Shown here: one piece after another, positions 1 through 7,903 of the stretch
How positions within the stretch are numbered: position 1 is the first letter of the stretch
How the letters are laid out: every line of letters begins with the position of its first letter
Assembly (NCBI GenBank): GCA_963663965.2
Contig: CAXXFK010000004.1
Span: 1 to 36,623 of the forward strand
Source of the DNA: Sedimentisphaerales bacterium
Lineage (GTDB): Bacteria > Planctomycetota > Phycisphaerae > Sedimentisphaerales > SM23-30
Reading direction: 5' to 3'
DNA length: 36,623 nt
The notes under the pieces: model-generated
Told to the model about the DNA's origin: nothing
Seen by the model: only the letters and a program-made list of their open reading frames with translations
Databases searched by the model: none
Position numbers and translations under genes: made by a program

Positions 1-197
1 CAGCTGGGACAGGGCCGGCCGGACCGTTCGGTGCGAGTTCTGGCTTTATCCCACAGGCTCTGGACAATCGTACCCGGTATCGACCGCCGCAGTACACCCA
101 GGGTGGCCATCCGACCATTACAGCCGGGGCAGACCCACAGGATGCCCTGGGGCGTTTGATGACGAACCAGTTTGACCTGGCAACCGGGACAGAGCAT
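1..197 (-). CDS. Partial CDS (runs off left edge): N-terminal Zn-ribbon protein, possibly a zf-TFIIB-type rhomboid protease fusion
   Basis: Not in ORF track. Hand translation from ATG at 197: MLCPGCQVKLVRHQTPQGILWVCPGCNGRMATLGVLRRSIPGTIVQSLWDKARTRTERSGRPCPS. Two CPGC motifs plus a third CPS at the edge; GAGGTG Shine-Dalgarno upstream. The rhomboid call is recalled architecture, not visible here. Confidence 0.75.
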   Translation of the reverse strand, partial: MLCPGCQVKLVRHQTPQGILWVCPGCNGRMATLGVLRRSIPGTIVQSLWDKARTRTERSGRPCPS

Positions 198-275
198 GGT
201 TTCACCTCAGGGATTAATGGTCAGTATTATCTAACAGAATAGTATTCACAAATGGATAGACGAATGTGGGAAGGA

Positions 276-284
276 ATTATAACA
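276..284 (-). promoter_or_regulatory. Possible extended -10 promoter for the Zn-ribbon gene
   Basis: Minus strand reads TGTTATAAT (TGn-TATAAT) about 80 nt upstream of the ATG at 197. Confidence 0.4.
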
Positions 285-330
285 AAATGAGTGCCTCTTA
301 TACGCCGTCTGCGAGATTGGGGGCCGGATT

Positions 331-1296
331 TTATGGCTCAATCGGTTGCTTTTTCTTTTCCGCATGATCGATCAGGTTGATCATTGCCTTGGCCATGTGT
401 TCACCGATCAGGCAATAGGTTTCGGCATTGGTATTCCAGTGATAGGCCTGGCCGGTAGGGGATTGATCCGATGGACGGTAGAAATCGCGGGTTGGTACAA
501 ACGCGACATTTCCTTTAAAGGGTTCATATTGGGCGACGGCTGCCTGGGCCTTCATCAGTGATAACGCGCGCGGGTGTTTTTCTTCCGGGCCGCTCATACC
601 GGTTTCTGCGATGACTACCGGCATATCCGGTGCGTCCAGGTCTTTGCGGATATCTTTGATGAAGTTGATCATGTTGGCTTCATATTCATCATTGAAGGCC
701 TGATTGATCCGGTCATTCCAGCCCTGATGCCAACCGAGACCGGCCAGTTGGTAGCCCTGGCCCTGATAATCCGGAAAATATTTCTCGAGATGGGTGAGTA
801 CTTCCCTGGTTTGTTTGACAATTTCCTTATAATAGGGGCCAGTCTCGCCGCCTGATGAGGGTGGTCGAAAATCTTTAGCCAGACTCTTGCCGCCCCAGGC
901 CAGTTTGATCAGTAAAACCTGCTGCTGATAGTGGTCACCCAATACATGGCCGAACTCCAGTTCCGGGCCGATTCGTTCCTGGTTGGCTCCATAGCCGGCG
1001 GTCAGGTTGCCCTTGCGATCAAGATACCAGATCCAGACATCTTTTCTGATGGTCCAGTTACCCGTATCGTCGATCAGGTGCTGATATTTTTCTGCGGTTT
1101 GAGGATTCTTGACAAGATACTCCAGTGATCCCTTCCCGTCGTTTCGTTTGGGGTCCGCCACGATAAAACCCTGTCCCTGCATGTTGGATTGGCCGGCCAG
1201 AATAAAAACCTTAACCGGTGGCACTTCAGATGGTTGTGCGGCGCAGAGCAGCAGAGGAAATAACCATACGATCCATATTATGCCAGAAGTTTTCAT
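331..1296 (-). CDS. Secreted SASA/SGNH carbohydrate esterase (sialate O-acetylesterase / CE6-like)
   Basis: Signal peptide; VFILAGQSNM, GPELEFG, GGKSL, WHQGWND motifs and C-terminal YHWN. Confidence 0.9.
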   Translation of the reverse strand: MKTSGIIWIVWLFPLLLCAAQPSEVPPVKVFILAGQSNMQGQGFIVADPKRNDGKGSLEYLVKNPQTAEKYQHLIDDTGNWTIRKDVWIWYLDRKGNLTAGYGANQERIGPELEFGHVLGDHYQQQVLLIKLAWGGKSLAKDFRPPSSGGETGPYYKEIVKQTREVLTHLEKYFPDYQGQGYQLAGLGWHQGWNDRINQAFNDEYEANMINFIKDIRKDLDAPDMPVVIAETGMSGPEEKHPRALSLMKAQAAVAQYEPFKGNVAFVPTRDFYRPSDQSPTGQAYHWNTNAETYCLIGEHMAKAMINLIDHAEKKKQPIEP

Positions 1297-1320
1297 GATA
1301 GAACTTTCTAAAATGAATTG

Positions 1321-3018
1321 TCAGCCATTATTTTTACGTTTGTCTTCCAGTTGAATCCGTCTGGCCCAGTCATCCCAGGCGTCGGCCATTTCTTTAGCTT
1401 TCTCCGGATTGCTTTGGGCCAGGTCGTTGGTTTCGGTGCAGTCTTCAGCAAGGTTGTAAAGTTCCCATTTTTGCGGTTTATTTTTATTGGCGACCAGTTT
1501 CCAGTCGCCGATGCGAATAGCCCGGCCGTGTTCATGTTCGAAGAAGATCGGTTCACGTTTGAATTCGCCCTGACCGGCAATGACCGGGACCAGGCTCTTG
1601 CCCTGAACCGGTGTGAGCGCGTTGCCTTGATATTCGGTCGGGCAGGTGATCCCGGCCAGTTCCAGGCAGGTCGGCATGATATCCATGGCGTGGCCAACCT
1701 GATCGGTCAGCGAACCGGATTTGGTTTTGAGACCGGCCGGCCAGTGGATAATCATGGGGGTATGGTTGCCGCCTTCATAGGATTGCGCCTTCCAGTAGCG
1801 GAACGGGGTGTTGCAGGCATTGGCCCAGGGCGCGCCAATGCCGGTATAACTGACTTCACTGCCCAGTTCATCAATGGGGATATTGTGATATTTGAGCGGT
1901 GTGCCATCACGTTTCTTACTGGGCCGGTCATAGCCGGGATTACCCGGGATTTCCGGTGAGGCGCCGTTATCGGCAAAGAAGATAATTATGGTATTGTCAT
2001 ACTGACCGTGGGCTTTGAGCGCATCGAGGATGCGGCCGGTACTCTGGTCGACCCGGTCAACCATGGCGGCGTGAACGGCCATCTTGCGGGCTTCGTAGGC
2101 CTTTTCATCGGCTGACAATTTGTTCCAGTCCCAGCCGTTGGTCTGGACCGGGGGCAGGGGGGTATTGTCTTTGCTGAACAGACCCATTTTGAGTTGGCGC
2201 TGGAACCGGTCGGCTCGCAACTGGTCCCAGCCATCGTGGTAACGGTCTTTATATTTTTCGATATCTTCAGGGCGGGCATGGATTGGCCAGTGTGGCGCAG
2301 TATGGGCTACATACATAAAGAATGGCTGGTCGGTCCGGCTCATATCATCGATATATTCGATGGCCTTGTCAGTGATGGCGTCGGTAAAGTAAAAGTCTTT
2401 GGGAACTTCTTTGATCGGGGTTTCACCATCTACCAGTGAGAATGGATCAAAATGGTCAATCACGCCCCAGATCACGCCGTAATGGCGTTCGAAACCTCGG
2501 TTGATTGGGTAAGACTCTACCGGGCCAAACGCCCGGTCAAAATCGATCTGATGGTCGAGCCATTGCAGTTGCAGTTCACCGGTGGGTTCCTGGTCGGTGC
2601 GGGTCAGGTGCCATTTGCCCACCATGGCGGTACTGTAGCCGGTTTCTTTGAGCGCTTCGGGGATCGTGATCCCGTTACGGGTCATACTACGGCCGTTTAA
2701 GGTAAGACCCACCTGATGGGGATACTGGCCGGTGAGTAAACTGGCGCGAGTGGGGCAGCAGCGCGAACAGTTATAGAACTGGGTGAATCGCAGTCCTTCA
2801 TAAGCCAGCTTGTTCAGATTGGGGGTCTGGATTTCGCCGCCATAACAGCCAATATCAGAATAACCCAGATCGTCGGCCATAATGACCATGATATTGGGGC
2901 GTTTGGGCTTGCCGCCCAGATGCGACAATGACTGGCAACCGGCAGTGGTTAATGTCAAAGCGGCAGAGGTCATACCGAGTTTTTTGAGAAAGGAACGACG
3001 GGTGATATGGGTATTCAT
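1321..3018 (-). CDS. Arylsulfatase (formylglycine-dependent, Cys-type), Tat-exported
   Basis: TRRSFLK Tat motif; PNIMVIMADDLG; CCPTRASLLTG (CxPxR); GKWHL; ADNG; WELYNL. Confidence 0.95.
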   Translation of the reverse strand: MNTHITRRSFLKKLGMTSAALTLTTAGCQSLSHLGGKPKRPNIMVIMADDLGYSDIGCYGGEIQTPNLNKLAYEGLRFTQFYNCSRCCPTRASLLTGQYPHQVGLTLNGRSMTRNGITIPEALKETGYSTAMVGKWHLTRTDQEPTGELQLQWLDHQIDFDRAFGPVESYPINRGFERHYGVIWGVIDHFDPFSLVDGETPIKEVPKDFYFTDAITDKAIEYIDDMSRTDQPFFMYVAHTAPHWPIHARPEDIEKYKDRYHDGWDQLRADRFQRQLKMGLFSKDNTPLPPVQTNGWDWNKLSADEKAYEARKMAVHAAMVDRVDQSTGRILDALKAHGQYDNTIIIFFADNGASPEIPGNPGYDRPSKKRDGTPLKYHNIPIDELGSEVSYTGIGAPWANACNTPFRYWKAQSYEGGNHTPMIIHWPAGLKTKSGSLTDQVGHAMDIMPTCLELAGITCPTEYQGNALTPVQGKSLVPVIAGQGEFKREPIFFEHEHGRAIRIGDWKLVANKNKPQKWELYNLAEDCTETNDLAQSNPEKAKEMADAWDDWARRIQLEDKRKNNG

Positions 3019-3210
3019 GGCAAATCTCCCTGAATCATTAGGTTCGATTAAGATTGAGTTGATTTAACTGATTTAATGCAAGCAGGTTATGCTCTAATTT
3101 TAATTCAGGACAAGAATGGATTATAGGGCAGGTAGATATGAGATGCCATGAAAAAAGGCCGGGTATTGGTTAGAATTTTGATAAATGATATTGGAATGTA
3201 AAGATATCGA

Positions 3211-3238
3211 TTGTCATATCCGGGCGCCGGGCTATAAT
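3211..3238 (+). promoter_or_regulatory. sigma70-type promoter of the dehydrogenase gene
   Basis: TTGTCA(3211-3216)-N16-TATAAT(3233-3238), 57 nt before the ATG, which has an AAGGA SD. Confidence 0.6.
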
Positions 3239-3295
3239 TTCGATGTGTAAAAAAAATCAAATGGACTTAAATATCAGATTTATAAGGACAGGCCA

Positions 3296-4330
3296 ATGAA
3301 AGCGTTTATGTTGACCGGTTTGCATCAAATGGAAATCCATGAGCTAGCTGATGTTAAGATGGAACGTCAGGATGATGTGCTGTTACAGATGAAGCGAGTA
3401 GGCGTTTGCGGCAGTGATATTCATTATTATGAAACCGGCCGGGTCGGTTCTCAGGTGGTGCAATTTCCTTATGCGGTGGGACATGAATGTTCTGCGGTGG
3501 TTAAAGCAGTAGGGCCTGCGGTTAAAAAGGTTAAGGTTGGTGATGAAGTGGCAGTCGATCCGGCGATTATATGCCATGATTGTGATCAATGCCGGGCAGG
3601 CCGGGAAAATACCTGTCGCAAATTGCTCTTTCTGGGTTGTCCGGGACAGATTCCAGGTTGTCTTTCGGAGTATTTAGTCATGCCGGAAGATTGCTTATAT
3701 CCGTTATCGGGCAAGATTAATCTGGATCAGGGCGCTTTGTGTGAGCCGCTTTCAATTGGTTATTATGCCGCCGTCCAGGGCAGGCTGAATAAAAACAGCA
3801 ATATTGCTATTTTAGGCAGCGGTCCGATCGGGCTGTGTGTGATGACCTCGGCCCGGTATCTGGGATGTGGTCATGTCTATGTGACAGATAAGCTGGATTA
3901 TCGGGTAAAACTGGCCGCGGAAAAGGGGGCGAACTGGGCAGGTAATCCTGATAAAGAAGATATTATCGCTGCTATTTTGGAGCAGGAACCAGAGGGCATG
4001 GATGTGGTATTTGAATGTTGTGGTCAGCAGGAAGCGATCGATCAGGCGGCCGAATTGCTCAAACCTGGTGGCACTCTGGTATTGGTGGGTATTCCACGAG
4101 AAGAACGAATTTCCCTGAGCATTGATAAAATGAGACGCAAGGAGCTGGGTCTGGTCAATATTCGCCGTCAGAATCGCAGTGTCCAACCGGTGATTGATAT
4201 GCTGATATCGGGTAAGGTGGATGTGGATTATATGATTACGCATCGGTTCCCGTTTGACAAAAGCAAAGAGGCTTTCGATCTGGTGGCAGCTTATGCTGAT
4301 GGCGTGATTAAGGCGGTTATTAGTTTCTGA
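3296..4330 (+). CDS. Zn-dependent medium-chain dehydrogenase (sorbitol/L-iditol dehydrogenase-like)
   Basis: GVCGSD, GHE, CxxCxxC(7)C structural Zn site, GSGPIG Rossmann motif. Confidence 0.93.
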   Translation: MKAFMLTGLHQMEIHELADVKMERQDDVLLQMKRVGVCGSDIHYYETGRVGSQVVQFPYAVGHECSAVVKAVGPAVKKVKVGDEVAVDPAIICHDCDQCRAGRENTCRKLLFLGCPGQIPGCLSEYLVMPEDCLYPLSGKINLDQGALCEPLSIGYYAAVQGRLNKNSNIAILGSGPIGLCVMTSARYLGCGHVYVTDKLDYRVKLAAEKGANWAGNPDKEDIIAAILEQEPEGMDVVFECCGQQEAIDQAAELLKPGGTLVLVGIPREERISLSIDKMRRKELGLVNIRRQNRSVQPVIDMLISGKVDVDYMITHRFPFDKSKEAFDLVAAYADGVIKAVISF

Positions 4331-4364
4331 TATCCGAACAACGAACAATTTTTAAGTTTATCGC

Positions 4365-4394
4365 AACCGTTGTCTGGTCGAAGACAGCGGTTTT
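4365..4394 (+). terminator. Probable intrinsic terminator after the dehydrogenase
   Basis: AACCGTTGTCT-GGTCGA-AGACAGCGGTT 11-bp stem with one G-U, ending in a short T run. Confidence 0.55.
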
Positions 4395-4413
4395 GTAGCA
4401 ATTTGCCGTTTAA

Positions 4414-4590
4414 GCCGGTCTGGGTATAAACCGATAATTATGATGTCTTTACACCAGGTGTAAGTGCCAGATATATGTATGTAAGATCTATATCTGTAAA
4501 TAGTTACAGATGGATACCGTTTTCTGGCGGTTGATCCTGATGTGTGATCAGTCATAAATTTAATCTGACTGGCAGTTGGCCAGTTAGAGT
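4414..4590 (+). ncRNA. Candidate structured RNA/leader (unassigned)
   Basis: Five or more nested complementary segments forming a ~160-nt rod, plus an alternative 3' hairpin; no family recognised. Confidence 0.3.
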
Positions 4591-4662
4591 TTCATATGGC
4601 TACGTCCGATATGTGATAATCCTGGCAGATTTGTTGTATAGACCAATTTTTTTTTCAATTTT

Positions 4663-5106
4663 ATGAAAACGGAACATAACCAAATAGTTATTAGAATTGG
4701 ATGCCTGGTTCTAGCGCTGATCCTGTCTTCGCTGATGCTGGCCGGATGCAGCGCCGGATACCGTCGGGATCCCAGGCTGGCGGATCTGAGCAGTAATGAT
4801 ACTGCCCTGCGTATCCGGGCGATTCGCTGGGCGGCAGATAATGGCCGGGTTGAAACCGGCCCGCAACTGGTGTCCATGTTGCTGGATGAAGATCGATCCG
4901 TCAGATTTTATGCCATTCAAGCGCTGGAAAAGCTGTATGGAACGCGGCGCGAATATGATTATAAGGCGTCGGTCCAAGACCGGTTGGCGGCAGTGAAACT
5001 CTGGCGTGAAGCACTTGGATTAGCTACGGAATCTGATGAGAAGGACAACAATCCCATACCACTGGATGATACAATAGACGGGCAGGAAATAGAGAAAAGT
5101 TCCTGA
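4663..5106 (+). CDS. HEAT-repeat lipoprotein
   Basis: Hydrophobic stretch plus lipobox LAGC; HEAT-like LLDEDRSVRFYAIQAL. Confidence 0.8.
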   Translation: MKTEHNQIVIRIGCLVLALILSSLMLAGCSAGYRRDPRLADLSSNDTALRIRAIRWAADNGRVETGPQLVSMLLDEDRSVRFYAIQALEKLYGTRREYDYKASVQDRLAAVKLWREALGLATESDEKDNNPIPLDDTIDGQEIEKSS

Positions 5107-5121
5107 CGATTGTAAATAAAA

Positions 5122-5580
5122 ATGATGCAGACGACCATGAACACGATTGAGAATGCCAGCACTTTGGAATTAAGCATGCGGTTTCCGGCCCGGCCGGAGT
5201 ATCTGTGTTTGAGTCGAATCGCGGTTCGCCAGGCTTTTATCCAGATGGGTATGGATGAAAACCGGGGGGAAGCGATTGTGCTGGCTGTGGTTGAAGCGCT
5301 GACGAATGTGATTCGTCACAGTTATGGCGGGCCGTGTGATCGGCCGGTCGATTTTATGATCAATCGGTATCGTAATCCAAAAGATGGACGGGAAGGATTG
5401 GAGGTTATTATCCAGGATTATGGGCCTAAAGTGGACCTTTCCCGTATCTGCAGTCGGGATCTGGATGATATCCGACCGGGGGGATTGGGCGTGCATATTA
5501 TTCAATCGACCATGGATGAGATTGAATATTCGCATGGGGAGACAGGCGGTTTGAAATTGAGGATAGTGAAATATAAATAA
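5122..5580 (+). CDS. RsbW/SpoIIAB-like anti-sigma factor Ser kinase (HATPase_c_2)
   Basis: EALTNVIRHSY N-box, IQDYG, RPGGLGVHII G-boxes; exact start Met uncertain. Confidence 0.9.
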   Translation: MMQTTMNTIENASTLELSMRFPARPEYLCLSRIAVRQAFIQMGMDENRGEAIVLAVVEALTNVIRHSYGGPCDRPVDFMINRYRNPKDGREGLEVIIQDYGPKVDLSRICSRDLDDIRPGGLGVHIIQSTMDEIEYSHGETGGLKLRIVKYK

Positions 5581-5608
5581 GCGAACAAAATCAACCTGAA
5601 ACGATGGA

Positions 5609-5986
5609 GTGATAACAATGGGATTCTTGAATACAATGGGCGAACAGGCCGGCAGAAGCGTGATAGAAGAGGTCCGTCAGATCGAAGGCGCGGAAGTTCT
5701 GGTTTTACAGGGTGAAATCGATATGCAATCTTCACGGGAACTGCGTGAGAAATTTTTTGAACTGACCGATCGCTCGCCGGACAGTCTGGTTGTGAATATG
5801 GAGCATGTGAGTTTTATGGATTCGAGCGGTCTGGCAACGCTGGTGGAAGCGCTCCATCGCTGCCGGCAGGCCAACAGCCAGTTAAAACTGGTTGGGCTAT
5901 GTCAGCGGGTCAGGAGCATCTTTGAGATATCCAGGCTCTTGCAGGTATTCAATATCTATGAAAAAGAGGAAGATGCGTTGACTTAG
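5609..5986 (+). CDS. STAS-domain anti-sigma factor antagonist (RsbV/SpoIIAA or MlaB-like)
   Basis: LQGEID, FMDSSGLATLV, VRSIFEISRL; start may be the ATG at 5618. Confidence 0.92.
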   Translation: MITMGFLNTMGEQAGRSVIEEVRQIEGAEVLVLQGEIDMQSSRELREKFFELTDRSPDSLVVNMEHVSFMDSSGLATLVEALHRCRQANSQLKLVGLCQRVRSIFEISRLLQVFNIYEKEEDALT

Positions 5987-6087
5987 ATGATTGCCGGGAC
6001 GGATGGGATGAGAGGGGATAATCCCTGTCATTCAGACGGTCCCGGTCAGACGGAAATACAGCGATAAAAGAACAAAAAAGAGCCATT

Positions 6088-6945
6088 ATGACTGCCACTC
6101 AAAATAAATGTGATAAAATGACACTGCTGGAAAAATTCCGGCAGGGGGGGCATTGCGCCTGCTGCACAATTGGCGGATTTTTGAGCATGATCGGCGGGGT
6201 ATGGCTGCTGCTGGTGGACACGAATCGATGTCTGTTCAAGCGGTTACTGGGAGGGCGAGAGCGGATTGGCCGTTATGCCCTGATCGAACAGATGATGCGC
6301 GTGGGTGTGCGTGCGGTACCGATTGTTATGCTGATTCAGATGGCGATCGGGATGATATTGCCCTTACAGATGTATCCGAATCTGGACGCGTTTGGTCAGG
6401 CGGATCAAATCGCGACAATCAACGCCATTGCGGCGTTTCGTGAATTGGGACCGCTGATGACAGCGATTGTCTTAAGCGGTTTTGCCGGCGCGAGTATTGC
6501 CGCGGAACTGGGAACCATGGTCACCAGTGAAGAAATCGAAGCGCTGGAAACCATCGCGATCAATCCGGTTCGTTTCCTGGTATTGCCGCGATTGCTGGCG
6601 ACAGTGATTATGACGGTTTTTCTGTCGATTATTGCCGATGTGGTGATGGTGATGAGTGGTTTATTGACCGGGATGAAACTGGGATTGGATCCTTCTGTTT
6701 ATATGTATATGACCTGGCAGGCGGTAACGGTGGTTGGATTCATCTCCGGATTGATTAAGGCGGCAGGTTACGGATTGCTGATCGGCCTGATATCGTGTCA
6801 CCTGGGACTCTCGGTCAAACCGTGGGAAGGCAGTAACGGCGTCGGGCAGGCCACCACCAATACGGTGGTGTATAGTATAGTATCAATTATTGTTGCGGCC
6901 GCAATTTTCACGATGGTATTTTACGCGTATGGATTATTCAGCTGA
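6088..6945 (+). CDS. mlaE: MlaE-family ABC permease
   Basis: RELGPLMTAIVLSG, AAELGTM, EEIEAL, P.RFLVLPR, GVGQATT. Confidence 0.93.
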   Translation: MTATQNKCDKMTLLEKFRQGGHCACCTIGGFLSMIGGVWLLLVDTNRCLFKRLLGGRERIGRYALIEQMMRVGVRAVPIVMLIQMAIGMILPLQMYPNLDAFGQADQIATINAIAAFRELGPLMTAIVLSGFAGASIAAELGTMVTSEEIEALETIAINPVRFLVLPRLLATVIMTVFLSIIADVVMVMSGLLTGMKLGLDPSVYMYMTWQAVTVVGFISGLIKAAGYGLLIGLISCHLGLSVKPWEGSNGVGQATTNTVVYSIVSIIVAAAIFTMVFYAYGLFS

Positions 6946-7820
6946 TGATGCAATCCCAAAACACTAAAACACAAGAACCGGTTATTGCGGTTCGTAATCT
7001 GGTCAAGAGCTTTGGTTGCCAACGGGTACTGGATGGTATCGATCTGGATGTTTTTCCCGGTGAGATTATGGTGATCATGGGAGGGAGTGGTTGCGGCAAA
7101 AGTACATTTTTACGCCATTTGATCGGATCGTTAATGCCGGATTCGGGTACGGTCGCGTTGTTTGGCGAAGATGTCACTACGATGAATGAAGCTCAGCTCA
7201 ATAAAATTCGCAAGCGGATCGGGATACTGTTTCAAAGTGGCGCGTTGTTTAATTCAATGACTGTCGGCGAGAATGTCGCGCTGCCATTACAGGAACACGC
7301 GTTGCTGGATCCGGCGACGATTGAGATCATGGTGAAAATCAAACTGGAACTGGTGAATTTACGTGACCATGCGGATAAAATGCCGGCCATGCTGAGTGGC
7401 GGAATGAAGAAAAGGGCCGGTCTGGCCCGGGCGTTAGCGCTGGATCCGTTGATCTTGTTTTATGATGAACCCAGCGCCGGCCTGGATCCGGTAACCAGCG
7501 CTCAAATTGACCAGTTGATTATCGATCTGACCCGTAAATTGCATGTGACCAGTGTGGTGGTGACCCATGAAATGGACTCCGCTTTTACGATTGCCGACCG
7601 GATGTGCATGCTGGATAAGGGGCGGGTATTGAAAGTGGCGTCACGTGCGGAGTTTGAGGCATTGCGGGATAGTACGGCCGAAAACCCGCTGAGCGATTCG
7701 GATCGCCTGATCCGGCAATTTTTACGTGGTGACGCGGATGGACCGATTACTGAACGGAAACTGGGCAGTGACTACGAAGAGGACTTGATGACCATGAATT
7801 TGAAATACGATACGTATTGA
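6945..7820 (+). CDS. mlaF: MlaF/Mkl-family ABC ATPase
   Basis: GGSGCGKST Walker A, LFQSGALF, LSGGMKKR, YDEPSAGLDP, VTHE; start overlaps the mlaE stop. Confidence 0.93.
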   Translation: MMQSQNTKTQEPVIAVRNLVKSFGCQRVLDGIDLDVFPGEIMVIMGGSGCGKSTFLRHLIGSLMPDSGTVALFGEDVTTMNEAQLNKIRKRIGILFQSGALFNSMTVGENVALPLQEHALLDPATIEIMVKIKLELVNLRDHADKMPAMLSGGMKKRAGLARALALDPLILFYDEPSAGLDPVTSAQIDQLIIDLTRKLHVTSVVVTHEMDSAFTIADRMCMLDKGRVLKVASRAEFEALRDSTAENPLSDSDRLIRQFLRGDADGPITERKLGSDYEEDLMTMNLKYDTY

Positions 7821-7903
7821 TCGTAAAGGAGCAGGCTGGGGAGCAGGAAAACTGACTCGTTAAAATACGAATGATAATATTGATCACAGGAATCGAATAA
7901 CCC

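Noticed and set aside
1318..1959. 213-aa plus-strand ORF and similar antisense ORFs (e.g. 3812..4348, 12298..12798, 22250..22708, 32469..33086)
   Set aside because: They lie wholly or almost wholly opposite well-supported genes and have no motifs; shadow ORFs
4358..4555. 65-aa minus-strand ORF in the structured intergenic region
   Set aside because: No SD or recognisable motif; the region is better explained as regulatory
4647..4655. T9 run just upstream of the HEAT lipoprotein start as a phase-variable tract
   Set aside because: Non-coding and not within an identifiable promoter spacer; similar runs occur in other AT-rich gaps
7828..7847. GGAGCAGG direct repeat between mlaF and the MCE gene
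   Set aside because: Only two 8-nt copies; compatible with chance
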